From Eledone cirrhosa (lineage: Eukaryota): a stretch of DNA of 64,000 bases. Position 1 is the stretch's first letter. Every line of letters begins with the position of its first letter. Shown here piece by piece: positions 38,022 to 51,330 of the stretch. The stretch is taken from positions 12,772,001 through 12,836,000 of the forward strand of contig OZ024764.1 in NCBI GenBank assembly GCA_964016885.1. The letters are read 5' to 3'. Below the pieces are notes generated by a model. The model made no database searches and had not been told where the DNA came from. It worked only from the letters and a program-made list of their open reading frames with translations. The translations under genes and the position numbers were made by a program.

Positions 38022-40867
38022 ATCATCATCATCATCATTTCATTTTACGTCCACTTTTCCCTGCTTGCAAGGGTGGGACGGGAACTGATTCTGGCTTGAT
38101 TTCTACAGCTGGATGCCCTTCCTAACACCAACCTCATTTGCAGTGAGTGCTGGGTGGTTTTTTGCCGTGGCACCTCCACGACCCCTTTACAGTGGGTGCT
38201 GGGTGCTTTTTTGCCGTGGCACCTCCACGACCACTTTACAGTGGGTGCTGGGTGCTTTTTTGCCGTGGCACCTCCACGACCACTTTACAGTGGGTGCTGG
38301 GTGTTTTTTTGCCGTGGCACCTCCACGACCACTTTACAGTGGGTGCTAGGTGCTTTTTTGCCGTGGCACCTCCACGACCACTTTACAGTGGGTGCTGGGT
38401 GTTTTTTTGCCGTGGCACCTCCACGACCACTTTGCAGTGGGTGCTGGGTGTTTTTTTGCCGTGGCACCTCCACGACCACTTTACAGTGGGTGCTGGGTGT
38501 TTTTTTGCCGTGGCACCTCCACGACCACTTTACAGTGGGTGCTGGGTGTTTTTTTGCCGTGGCACCTCCACGACCACTTTACAGTGGGTGCTGGGTGTTT
38601 TTTTGCCGTGGCACCTCCACGACCACTTTACAGTGGGTGCTGGGTGCTTTTTTGCCGTGGCACCTCCACGACCACTTTACAGTGGGTGCTGGGTGCTTTT
38701 TTGCCGTGGCACCTCCACGACCACTTTACAGTGGGTGCTGGGTGCTTTTTTGCCGTGGAACCTCCACGACCACTTTGCAGTGTGGACTGGGTGCTTTTTT
38801 GCCGTGGCACCTCCACGACCACTTTGCAGTGGGTGCTGGGTGTTTTTTTGCCGTGGCACCTCCACGACCACTTTGCAGTGGGTGCTGGGTGTTTTTTTGC
38901 CGTGGCACCTCCACGACCACTTTGCAGTGGGTGCTGGGTGTTTTTTTGCCGTGGCACCTCCACGACCACTTTACAGTGGGTGCTGGGTGCTTTTTTGCCG
39001 TGGTACCTCCACGACCACTTTACAGTGGGTGCTGGGTGTTTTTTTGCCGTGGCACCTCCACGACCACTTTACAGTGGGTGCTGGGTGTTTTTTTGCCGTG
39101 GCACCTCCACGACCACTTTGCAGTGGGTGCTGGGTGTTTTTTTGCCGTGGCACCTCCACAACCACTTTGCAGTGGGTGCTGGGTGTTTTTTTGCCGTGGC
39201 ACCTCCACGACCACTTTACAGTGGGTGCTGGGTGTTTTTTTGCCGTGGCACCTCCACGACCACTTTACAGTGGGTGCTGGGTGTTTTTTTGCCGTGGCAC
39301 CTCCACGACCACTTTACAGTGGGTGCTGGGTGCTTTTTTGCCGTGGCACCTCCACGACCACTTTACAGTGGGTGCTGGGTGCTTTTTTGCCGTGGCACCT
39401 CCACGACCACTTTACAGTGGGTGCTGGGTGTTTTTTTGCCGTGGCACCTCCACGACCACTTTACAGTGGGTGCTAGGTGCTTTTTTGCCGTGGCACCTCC
39501 ACGACCACTTTACAGTGGGTGCTGGGTGTTTTTTTGCCGTGGCACCTCCACGACCACTTTGCAGTGGGTGCTGGGTGTTTTTTTGCCGTGGCACCTCCAC
39601 GACCACTTTACAGTGGGTGCTGGGTGTTTTTTTGCCGTGGCACCTCCACGACCACTTTACAGTGGGTGCTGGGTGTTTTTTTGCCGTGGCACCTCCACGA
39701 CCACTTTACAGTGGGTGCTGGGTGTTTTTTTGCCGTGGCACCTCCACGACCACTTTGCAGTGGGTGCTGGGTGCTTTTTTGCCGTGGAACCTCCACGACC
39801 ACTTTGCAGTGTGGACTGGGTGCTTTTTTGCCGTGGCACCTCCACGACCACTTTGCAGTGGGTGCTGGGTGTTTTTTTGCCGTGGCACCTCCACGACCAC
39901 TTTGCAGTGGGTGCTGGGTGTTTTTTTGCCGTGGCACCTCCACGACCACTTTGCAGTGGGTGCTGGGTGTTTTTTTTGCCGTGGCACCTCCACGACCACT
40001 TTACAGTGGGTGCTGGGTGCTTTTTTGCCGTGGTACCTCCACGACCACTTTACAGTGGGTGCTGGGTGTTTTTTTGCCGTGGCACCTCCACGACCACTTT
40101 ACAGTGGGTGCTGGGTGTTTTTTTGCCGTGGCACCTCCACGACCACTTTGCAGTGGGTGCTGGGTGTTTTTTTGCCGTGGCACCTCCACAACCACTTTGC
40201 AGTGGGTGCTGGGTGTTTTTTTGCCGTGGCACCTCCACGACCACTTTACAGTGGGTGCTGGGTGTTTTTTTGCCGTGGCACCTCCACGACCACTTTACAG
40301 TGGGTGCTGGGTGTTTTTTTGCCGTGGCACCTCCACGACCACTTTACAGTGGGTGCTGGGTGCTTTTTTGCCGTGGCACCTCCACGACCACTTTACAGTG
40401 AGTGCTGGGTGCTTTTTTGCCGTGGCACCTCCACGACCACTTTACAGTGGGTGCTGGGTGTTTTTTTGCCGTGGCACCTCCACGACCACTTTACAGTGGG
40501 TGCTGGGTGCTTTTTTGCCGTGGCACCTCCACGACCACTTTACAGTGGGTGCTGGGTGTTTTTTTGCCGTGGCACCTCCACGACCACTTTACAGTGGGTG
40601 CTGGATGTTTTTTTGCCGTGGCACCTCCACGACCACTTTGCAGTGGGTGCTGGGTGCTTTTTTGCCGTGGCACCTCCACGACCACTTTACAGTGGGTGCT
40701 GGGTGTTTTTTTGCCGTGGCACCTCCACGACCACTTTGCAGTGGGTGCTGGGTGTTTTTTTGCCGTGGCACCTCCACGACCACTTTACAGTGGGTGCTGG
40801 GTGCTTTTTTGCCGTGGCACCTCCACGACCACTTTGCAGTGGATTGATACGGACCCCATCCCTATCA
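38022..40867 (-). mobile_element. SINE family A with the 49-bp unit expanded to about 55 copies (array 38140-40840); head missing
   Basis: Tail and core at 38022-38140; post-head linker ggaccccatccctatcat at 40851-40868. Confidence 0.92.
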
Positions 40868-41886
40868 TATATATATATATATAAATGAAAATAGAGAAAT
40901 TAATGTGAGCAAGAAGCCAACAGTATTTCATAATATATAAGTGACTATTACGTCAAAATGGAAAATAATTAACGTAAGATATGGGAAAATAATTCAATCC
41001 AAATTCAAAAAAAAAGTCAAGACAGAAATTTTATCCACATATTTTGTGTAATCCAGGGAAAAAACCAATAGAGTCTTAACTTAGAATAAAATTAAGAGTA
41101 AATACTTATCCTTCAATTGGGAAAAATCTACAAAAATCTATATATATGTATATATAGATTTATGTGTGTATATGTGTGTATATATGTGTGTATATATGTG
41201 TGTGTGTATATATGTGTGTATATATGTGTGTGTATATATGTGTGTGTATATGTGTGTGTGTATATGTGTGTGTGTATATATGTGTGTATATATGTGTGTG
41301 TGTATATATGTGTGTATATATGTGTGCGTATATGTGTGTGTGTATATGTGTGTGTATATGTGTGTGTATATATGTGTGTGTATATATGTGTGTGGATATG
41401 TGTGTGTGTATATGTGTGTGTATATATGTGTGTATATATGTGTGTGTATATATGTGTGTGTATATATGTGTGTGTATATATGTGTGTGTATATGTGTGTG
41501 TATATATGTGTGCGTATATATGTGTGTGTATATGTGTGTGTGTATATGTGTGTGTGTATATATGTGTGTATATGTGTGTGTATATATATGTGTATATATG
41601 TGTGTGTATATATGTGTGTGGATATGTGTGTGTGTATATGTGTGTGTGTATATGTGTGTGTATATATGTGTGTATATATGTGTGTGTATATATGTGTGTG
41701 GATATGTGTGTATATATGTTTGTATATATACGTGTGTATATATATATGTGTGTACGGACACATGGACTTAAGTATGTGTGTGTATATATATATATATATA
41801 TATACACACAAACATACTGACATATATATATATATATACACCAACACACTTAGAATACATATGTGTATGTGTGTGTATATATATAT

Positions 41887-42340
41887 GGTGGCTGCCAACT
41901 CGTTTTCGAGTACGGCCACTACTTTATATCCATGTAGGAGAACCCCTACTGATGCGCTGAACGAGTGTGACTTTCCAGTCCAGCCAGCGACTTGAAAGCT
42001 CTGGTACAAACACTACACTTGTGACAATTATTGACACATAGTGCTGGGCCCATGGTACCATGTGACGACAAATGCAGAGAGATCTCCAGATACAAAGCAA
42101 TGCCTGTGCCGTGAAGCTTTTATAGTGAGCAAAGGCACTGCACAATGCCAGTCCCACTCTCTTAACCAAGATGATATTTACCAAAAAGAAGAACAAGTCA
42201 ACATCATTGGATACCATCAGGGTTGCAGGTGTTATATCAGAGTTTTCCTTCTCCTAGAATTCCGCCTTGACAAAGGCTAAGGGGTCATCTCTCCCGGTGA
42301 TTTTGGATGGCCATTGACTCTTAAGAGCTCCTTTGCCTTT
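41887..42340 (-). mobile_element. Repeat family C copy
   Basis: Near-identical to 15180-15625. Confidence 0.85.
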
Positions 42341-42478
42341 TGATTTATTTATATGTATATATAGAGATATATATACATATAAATATACTCAGAAATATAT
42401 ATATATATATATATATACACATACTTAAGTCCATGTGTCCGTACACATATATATATACACACATATATACACACACAC

Positions 42479-42509
<31 letters not shown>

Positions 42510-43113
42510 TATATACACACACATATATACACACATATATACACATATATACAAACACATATATACACACACATATATTCAGACATATATACACACATAT
42601 ATACACACACATATATACACACACATATATACACACACATATATATACACACATATACACACATATATACACACACATATATACACACACATATATACAC
42701 ACACATATATATACACATATATACACACATATATACACACACATATATACACACATATATACAAACATATATACACACATATATATACACACATATATAC
42801 ACACACATATATACACACATATATACACACACATATATTCAGACATATATACACACACATATATACACACACATATATACACACACATATATACACACAC
42901 ATATATACACACACATATATATACACACATATACACACAGATATATACACACACATATATACACACATATATACACACACATATATACACATATATACAC
43001 ACACATATATACACACATACACACATATATACAAACATATATACACACACATATACACACACATATACACACACATATATACACACATATATACACACAT
43101 ATATACACACATA

Positions 43114-43546
43114 TGGTGGCTGCCAACTCGTTTTCGAGTACGGCCACTACTTTATATCCATGTAGGAGAACCCCTACCGATGCGCTGAACGAGTGTGACT
43201 TTTTAGTCCAGCCAGTGACTTGAAAACTCTGGTACAAACACTACACTTGTGACAATTATTGACACATAGTGCTGGGCCCATGGTACCATGTGACGACAAG
43301 TGCAGAGAGATCTCCAGATATAAAGCAATGCCTGTGCCGTGAAGCTTTTATAGTGAGCAAAGGCACTGCACAAAGCCAGTCCCACTCTCTTAACCAAGAT
43401 GATATTTACCAAAAAGAAGAACAAGTCAACATCATTGGATACCATCAGGGTTGCAGGTGTTATATCAGAGTTTTCCTTCTCCTAGAATTCTGCCTTGACA
43501 AAGGCTAAGGGGTCATCTCTCCCGGTGATTTTGGATGGCCATTGAC
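43114..43546 (-). mobile_element. Repeat family C copy
   Basis: Near-identical to 41887-42318. Confidence 0.85.
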
Positions 43547-44364
43547 ACATATACACACATATATACACACATATACACACATATATACACACACATATAC
43601 ACACATATATACACACATATATACACACATATATACACACATATATACACACATATATACACACATATATACACACACATATATACACACATATATACAC
43701 ACACATATATACACACATATATACACGCATGCACACACACATATATACACTTACATACACTCATATACACACACATATATACACATATATACACACACAT
43801 ACACACACATATACATACACACATGTATACACACACATGTATACACACATACACACACATATATACACACACATATACACTTACATACACACACATATAT
43901 ACACATATATATACACACATATACACACACATATACACACATATACATACACACATATATACACATATATATACACACACATACACACACATATACACAC
44001 ATATATACACACATGTATACACACATGTATCCACACATATATACACATATACACACACATATACACACATATACATACACACATATATACACACACATAT
44101 GTTTACCCATATGTATCCACACATATACACACACACACATATACACACACAGCCAGAACCAAAGTACACACAGCCAACTTACATAACCCTACCAAATGTA
44201 GAGTAAGGCAGTGCAGACTATTACTGAGAGTATCTTGTGTTCCTTGTGAAAGGTTAACCTTTAAGTAGGGGGCTTTTAGAGTGCAGTGGAGGGCTGTAAT
44301 GAATAAACAAGGGCCATAAGAAGCTAGGTGTCAGGGTGGGGGGTGGGTGATTGAGTGGGCTGGA

Positions 44365-45088
44365 ATGGTGGTAGTGGTGGTGGTGGTGGTGGTGGTGGTG
44401 GTGGTAGTGTTGGTGGTAGTGGTGGTGGTGGTAGTGGTGGTGGTAGTGGTGGAGGTAGTGGTGGTGTTGGTGGTGGTGTTGGTGGTGGTGGTGGTGGTGG
44501 TGGTGGTGGTGGTGGTAGTGGTGGTGGTAGTGGTGGTGGTAGTGGTGGTGTTGGTGGTGGTGTTGGTGGTGGTGTTGGTGGTGGTGGTGGTAGTGGTGGT
44601 AGTGTTGGTGGTAGTGGTGGTGGTGGTAGTGGTGGTGGTAGTGGTGGAGGTAGTGGTGGTGTTGGTGGTGGTGTTGGTGGTGGTGTTGGTGGTGGTGGTG
44701 GTAGTGGTGGTATTAGTGGTGGTGTGGTAGTGGTGTTGGTAATAGTGGCAGTTTTGTGGTGGTGGTGGTGGTGGTAGTGGTGGTGTTGGTGGTAGTGGTG
44801 GTAGTGGTGGTGGTAGTGGTAGTGGCGGGTTTTGTGGTGGTGGTCTTGGTGGTAGTGGTGGTGGTAGTGCTGGTAGTGGTGGTGGTAGTGGTGGTGGTAG
44901 TGGTGGTAGTGGTGGTGGTAGTGGTGGTGATCGTGGTGTTGGTGGTAGTGGTGGTGTGATGGTTGTGGTGGACGTGGTGGTGGTAGTAGTGGTGGTGATC
45001 GTGGTGGTGGTGGTAGTGGTGGTGTGATGGTTGTGGTGGTCGTGGTGGTGGTAGTAGTGGTGGTGGTGATCGTGGTGGTGGTGGTGTT
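44365..45088. repeat. (GGT)n low-complexity tract
   Basis: Directly visible. Confidence 0.95.
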
Positions 45089-45351
45089 TGGGCAGGGCTG
45101 AGGGATTTTTTCGGTAAACAAATAGAACATGTGTTTTGAGGTTTGACATTTTCTTAGGTACCCTAACAGGTATGTGGGGGTGGGCGTTTGGGGTGGTGGG
45201 GTTGTGTTGGGGACAGGGTGAGGTGGTGTTGGGGGTAGCACGGTGTTCTGGGTTATGTATTTTTGTATATATAAATGTATGAGTCTGTATGTGTAAATGC
45301 ATGTTTGTATATATATATATATACACATACATGCACAAACATAGATTCTAA

Positions 45352-45391
<40 letters not shown>

Positions 45392-45431
45392 TCGTACTGC
45401 CTCTCTGTTTTGTTCCCGTTCAATTTTTCAC

Positions 45432-45463
<32 letters not shown>

Positions 45464-45476
45464 AATACACATACAT

Positions 45477-45567
<91 letters not shown>

Positions 45568-45571
<4 letters not shown>

Positions 45572-45903
45572 TTAGTGGTTAGAGCATTGGCCTTGCAATC
45601 GAAAGGTTGTGAGTTCAATTCTCAGACCGGGTGATGTGTTGTTTCCTTGAGCAAGACACTTTATTTCACATTGCTCCAGTTTACTCAGCTGTAGAAATGA
45701 GATGATAGGGACTGGGGTCCCTATCATTCCACTGCAAAGTGGTCGTGGAGGTGCCACGGCAAAAAAGCACCCAGCACTCACTGTAAATGAGGTTGGTGTT
45801 AGGAAGGGCATCCAGCTGTAGAAATCAAGCCAGCATCAGTTCCCGTCCCACCCTTGCAAGCAGGGAAAAGTGGACGTAAAATGAAATGATGATGATGATG
45901 ATG
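45568..45903 (+). mobile_element. SINE family A (single unit, short tail)
   Basis: Matches 20559-20900. Confidence 0.9.
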
Positions 45904-46180
45904 ATATATATACATAAATACATACAAATATATATGTACGTGTATATATGCATATATATACATATATATATGTGTGTATGCATATATATATATACATATA
46001 TATATATATGTGTGTATGCATATATATACATATTTACATATATATATACATGTGTTTGTGCATATATATACATATATGAGTATGCATATAAATACAAATA
46101 TATATATGTATGCATATATATATATGCATACATATATATATATGCATATATATATATGTATGTATGCATATATATATATA

Positions 46181-46375
46181 TCATCATCATCATTACGCCT
46201 GTTCTTCCACGCTAGCATGGGTTAGACGAGTTGTCCTGTTGTGGGCAGTGTCCGGTCGACTGACCTTGTCTCGCTCATAGGGGAACTGATTCTGGGTTGA
46301 TTTCTACAGCTGGATGCCCTTCCTAACACCAACCTCATTTACAGTGAGTGCTGGGTGCTTTTTTCCGTGGGGCCT
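46181..46375 (-). mobile_element. SINE family A 3' half (long tail)
   Basis: Matches 25440-25630. Confidence 0.85.
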
Positions 46376-46487
46376 ACACGTATATATATATATACCAATA
46401 TATATATATGCATACATATATACACAAATATATATATATATATGTGCGTGTATGTGTGCTGGTTTGTTTTGCCTGTAAATGTCCAGC

Positions 46488-47730
46488 CATTCTTTCATGA
46501 GACATTCTAACCACATGTCTGTAGTATCAGAGCTGTGATCTCTCAATTCAGAGATTCTTTCCTGAGACTTTCTTACCACATGTCTGTAGTATCAGAGCCG
46601 TGATCTCTCAATTCAGAGATTCTTTCCTGAGACATTCTAACCACATGTCTGTAGTATTAGAGCTGTGATCCTTCAATTCAGAGATTCTTTCCAGAGACAT
46701 TCTAACCACATGTCTGTAGTATCAGAGCTGTGATCCCTCAATTCAGAGATTCTTTCCTCAGACATTCTAACCACATGTCTGTAATGTCAGAGCTGTGATC
46801 TCTCAATTCAGAGATTCTTTCCAGAGATATACTAACCCCATGTCTGTAGTATCAGAGCTGTGATCTCTCAATTCAGAGATTCTTTCCTGAGACATTCTAA
46901 CCACATGTCTGTAGTATCAGAGCTGTGATCCCTCAATCCAGAGATTCTTTCCTGAGACATTCTAACCACATGTCTGTAGTATCAGAGCTGTGATCTCTCA
47001 ATTCAGAGATTCTTTCTTGAGACATTCTAACCACATGTCTGTAGTATCAGAGCTGTGGTCTCTCAATTCAGAGATTCTTTCCTGAGACATTCTAACCACA
47101 TGTCTGTAGTATCAGAGCTGTGGTCTCTCAATTCAGAGATTCTTTCCTGAGACATTCTAACCCCATGTCTGTAGTATCAGAGCTGTGATCTCTCAATTCA
47201 GAGATTCTTTCCTGAGACATTCTAACCACATGTCTGTAGTATCAGAGCTGTGACCTCTCAATTCAAAGATTCTTTCCTGAGACATTCTAACCACATGTCT
47301 GTAGTATCAGAGCCGTGATCTCTCAATTCGGAGATTCTTTCCTGAGACATTCTAACCACATGTCTGTAGTATCAGAGCTGTGATCCCTCAATCCAGAGAT
47401 TCTTTCCTGAGACATTCTAACCACATGTCTGTAGTATCAGAGCTGTGATCCCTCAATCCAGAGATTCTTTCCTGAGACATTCTAACCACATGTCTGTAGT
47501 ATCAGAGCTGTGATCCCTCAATCCAGAGATTCTTTCCTGAGACATTCTAACCACATACCCATAGTATCAGAGCTGTGATCTCTCAATTCAGAGATTCTTT
47601 CCTGAGACATTCTAACCACATGTCTGTAGTATCAGAGCTGTGATCTCTTGATTCAGTGAAATAGTGGGTGTACCTGGAGTGACTCTCTGATCTCCGAGCT
47701 ACACTCTATCGAGTAACATTAGTCCAAAGA
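46488..47730. repeat. 65-bp tandem array (about 18 units) plus a conserved unique flank
   Basis: Unit tctaaccacatgtctgtagtatcagagctgtgatctctcaattcagagattctttcctgagacat. The same array and flank occur inverted at 63698-64000. Confidence 0.95.
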
Positions 47731-47794
47731 CCCTTCGGAGGAACCACATTTCGGCTGCTTCTATTTGTGATCAATTTTTTCGGTCATTACCCAA

Positions 47795-48109
47795 GAGGAA
47801 GGAGCAGGGAGGAGAGGAGGAGTATGTAAGTGTGTGTGTGTCTGTGTGTATGCCGGCCAGGGGTGGGAGTCGTGTGTGGCGGAGGAGGGGGAGATTGGAG
47901 GAGGGAGAGCACTAGGTAGGTATATGGGGAGAGATGATGGAAGGTGGAGGCCGATGGAAGGAGTAAGTGGGGTTAGATGGAGGTGGAGGAGGTGGTAGGG
48001 GAAGGGAGGAGGGTATCGATGGCTAGAGAGGGTGGGGTGGGCAGAGGGGTACATGATGAGGTGAGGTGGTGGGGGGTAGGCGAAATGAGGGGGTTGATGA
48101 CAAGAGCGA

Positions 48110-48145
<36 letters not shown>

Positions 48146-48555
48146 GAGGGTGGCACAGGTATGTGGAGGAAGAAGGTGGGGGTAAGTGGAAGGATAGGAG
48201 GCTGTACGGCTAGAGGGGGCGTGTGGTAAGAGGAAGGAGGGGCTGGGGGTATGCGGAATGGGGTGGTGGTGGGGGGTAGATGGCAAGAGAGGACGGGGAG
48301 GGGGGGATAAGGAAGGGGGAGGGGTAGATGGCAAGAGAGGACGAGGATGGGGGGTTGGTTAGATGGCAAGAGAGGACGGGTGGGGCGGGGGGGATAAGAA
48401 GGGGGGGGGGGGGGTTAGATGGCAAGAGAGGACTGGGAGGGGAGGGTACGGATGAGGAGGAGGCAAGAGAGGTCGAGGGTGGGTGGAGTAAGGAGGGGGT
48501 AGATGGCAAGAGAGGAGGGGGAGGGGTGTGTGGTAGGTGGAAGGGGAGGGGGTAT
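47795..48555 (+). repeat. G/purine-rich tract with recurrent AGATGGCAAGAGAGG motif
   Basis: About 5 copies at 48278-48515 separated by G runs. Confidence 0.75.
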
Positions 48556-49307
48556 GTTGTATCACTTTTCAAAAAACTCAATTTCATAGCTAACTGCCTC
48601 CAGAATTTCTAGGACTGGGGTAGTGTGTTGTGGGGTGGTAGTGTGGTGGTGGCGGTAGTGCGGGGGAGGTGATGTGTGTGGGGGGAGGGTGGTGGTGGTG
48701 GTGGTAGTGTGGGCGAAGGGGGTTGTGTGGTGGTGTGGGGGGTAGTGTGATGGTGGCGCTAGTGTGGGGGGAGGGGGTTGTTGTTGTTGTTGGTGGTGGT
48801 GATGTGTGTGGGGAGAGGGGGTTGGTGGTGGTAGTCTGGGGGGAGGGGGTTGTTGTTGGTGTGTGGGGTGAGGGGGTTGTGGTGGTGGTGGTGGTGGTAG
48901 TGTGGGCGAAGGGGGTTGTGTAGTGGTGAGGGAGGATTGCGGTGTGGTGGTAGTGTGGGGGGAGGGGGTTGTGGTGGTGGTGGTAGTGTGGGCAGAGGGG
49001 GTTGTGGTGGTGGTGAGAGAGGATTGTGGTGTGGTGGTAGTTTGGGGGGAGTGGGTTGTTGTGTGTGGGGGGAGGTGGTTGTGGTGGTTGTGGTGGTGGT
49101 GGTGGTAGTGTGGGCGAAGGGGGTTGTGTAGTGGTGAGGGAGGATTGTGGTGTGGTGTGGTGGAGGTGGTTTTTGCTATTGGTAATGGTGTATTTGCAAT
49201 GGTCGTGAAGGTGGTGGTGGTGGTGGTGGTGGTGTTTGTGGTTGAGGTGGCAGTGGCTGTGAGGCTTTGGTTTGCCCAGAAGTTTTCTCTACATCCCTGC
49301 CACCACC

Positions 49308-49339
<32 letters not shown>

Positions 49340-49421
49340 CTACTACTACAACAACTACTACACACACACATCTGTCATTCCCAGGAAACAACTTACATAT
49401 GAAATGTACATAACAACAACA

Positions 49422-49426
<5 letters not shown>

Positions 49427-49461
<35 letters not shown>

Positions 49462-49517
49462 TGAGAGAGAAAGAAAGAGAGAAAGAGAAAGAAAGAGAGA
49501 GAAATATAGAGAGATTA

Positions 49518-49550
<33 letters not shown>

Positions 49551-49735
49551 TAGATATATAGAGAGAGACTAAGACAGAGAGAGAAAGACAGGGATAGATA
49601 TATAGAGAGAGACTAAGACAGAGAGAGAAAGACAGAGATAGATAGATAGATAGAGAGAGAGAGACAGAAAGATATATATAGAGAGACTAAGACAGAGAGA
49701 GAGAGAGAAAGAGACTAAGACAGAGAGAGAAAGAC

Positions 49736-49776
<41 letters not shown>

Positions 49777-49811
49777 CATAGATAGATAGATATATATAGA
49801 GAGACTAAGAC

Positions 49812-49842
<31 letters not shown>

Positions 49843-49865
49843 CTAAGACAGAGAGAGAAAGACAT

Positions 49866-49896
<31 letters not shown>

Positions 49897-50037
49897 AAGA
49901 CAGAGATAGATAGATAGATAGAGAGAGAGAGACAGAAAGATATATATAGAGAGACTAAGACAGAGAGAGAGAGAGAAAGAGACTAAGACAGAGAGAGAAA
50001 GACATAGATAGATAGATATATATAGAGAGACTAAGAC

Positions 50038-50068
<31 letters not shown>

Positions 50069-50140
50069 CAAAGAGACAGAGATAGGTAGAGAGAAAGAAA
50101 GACAGAGATAGGTAGAGAGAGAGAAAGAGAGAGAGAGACT
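49427..50140. repeat. (GA)n/(GATA)n compound repeat with ACTAAGAC punctuation
   Basis: Directly visible; adjacent to the exon donor. Confidence 0.93.
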
Positions 50141-50158
50141 AGACAAGAAGCCACAAAC

Positions 50159-50305
50159 CTTAAAGACTGGCCTCATCAAATCAGTGTTGGCCCTCTGCAT
50201 CTGTTTCAATTCATCTGATTGGTACAAATTGTAAGATCCCGGTCCTGGAGTCTTAGTGTACTGGTACCTGAACCTCTCAGATCTGTACTGAGGAGCACCT
50301 CCACC
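50159..50305 (-). CDS. STPG2: Internal coding exon (147 bp, phase 0/0) of a STPG2-like sperm-tail PG-rich repeat protein: GGGAPQYRSERFRYQYTKTPGPGSYNLYQSDELKQMQRANTDLMRPVFK
   Basis: Pyrimidine-rich acceptor ...tttgtgttccag, donor AAG|gtttgt, open frame, and the RF...TPGPGSY motif typical of SHIPPO/PGP repeats. Confidence 0.85.
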
Positions 50306-50401
50306 CTGGAACACAAACAAAGAGAGACACACACTGCCTGGTTATTGCAGAGCTTCGATATACACATATATTAACACATGTATATACGTACATATATACA
50401 T

Positions 50402-51035
50402 GGAGGCGCATGGCTTAGTGGTTAGAGTATTGGGCTTGCAATCGAAAGGTTGTGAGTTCAATTCTCAGACCGGGTGATGTGTTGTTTCCTTGAGCAAGAC
50501 ACTTTATTTCACATTGCTCCAGTTTACTCAGCTGTAGAAATGAGATGATAGGGACTGGGGTACCTATCATACCACTGGAAAGCGGTCATGGCGGTGCCAC
50601 GGCAAAAAAGCACCCAGCCCACACTGTAAAGTGGTCGTGTAGGTGCCACGGCAAAAAAGCACCCAGCCCACACTGTAAAGTGGACGTGGAGGTGCCACGG
50701 CAAAAAAGCACCCAGCACTCACTGTAAAGTGGACGTGGAGGTGTCACGGCAAAAAAGCACCCAGCCTACACTGTAAAGTGGACGTGGAGGTGCCACGGCA
50801 AAAAAGCACCCAGCCTACACTGTAAAGTGGACGTGGAGGTGCCACGGCAAAAAAGCACCCAGCACTCACTGTAAAGTGGTCGTGGAGGTGCCACGGCAAA
50901 AAAGCACCCAGCCCACACTGTAAATGAGGTTGGTGTTAGGAAGGGCATCCAGCTGTAGAAATCAAGCCAGAATCAGTTCCCGTCCCACCCTTGCAAGCAG
51001 GGAAAAGCGGACTTAAAATAATGATAATGATCATG
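50402..51035 (+). mobile_element. Full-length SINE family A with 7 tandem 49-bp units
   Basis: Head, array 50571-50920, core and short tail. Confidence 0.9.
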
Positions 51036-51046
51036 ATCATGATATA

Positions 51047-51188
51047 CTGTATTTCCCGTCCTCGACGTTAGTGTTGGACCTTTATTTTGACTACCAAAAA
51101 TTTGAAAAGAAGTAATAAACAACCTTCGGTAGATTTTTTGAGACTCATTTTAAGAGAAAAGTACCATCTTCGGCGCTGGGAAATACAG
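51047..51188. mobile_element. Short Tc1/mariner(pogo)-type MITE
   Basis: TA-ctgtatttccc ... gggaaatacag-TA: 11-bp TIR with TA target duplication. Confidence 0.7.
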
Positions 51189-51330
51189 TACATACATAAA
51201 TATATGATGTCTGCAGCTCAATTTCAAGTAATGCCATCTCTTGAAACTTAGGCATCTTACATTAAGTTATTATCTTACCAATCCAGCCAAAACTAGCTCC
51301 GGTTCTATGAAATAAAATCACCCATTTTAA

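Noticed and set aside
38147-40888. 913-aa, 683-aa and other long ORFs
   Set aside because: Translations of a stop-free 49-bp tandem array, open in several frames, with no protein signature.
47795-49200. Telomeric or functional G-quadruplex array
   Set aside because: No TTAGGG repeats; G runs are irregular low-complexity sequence with no evidence of function.
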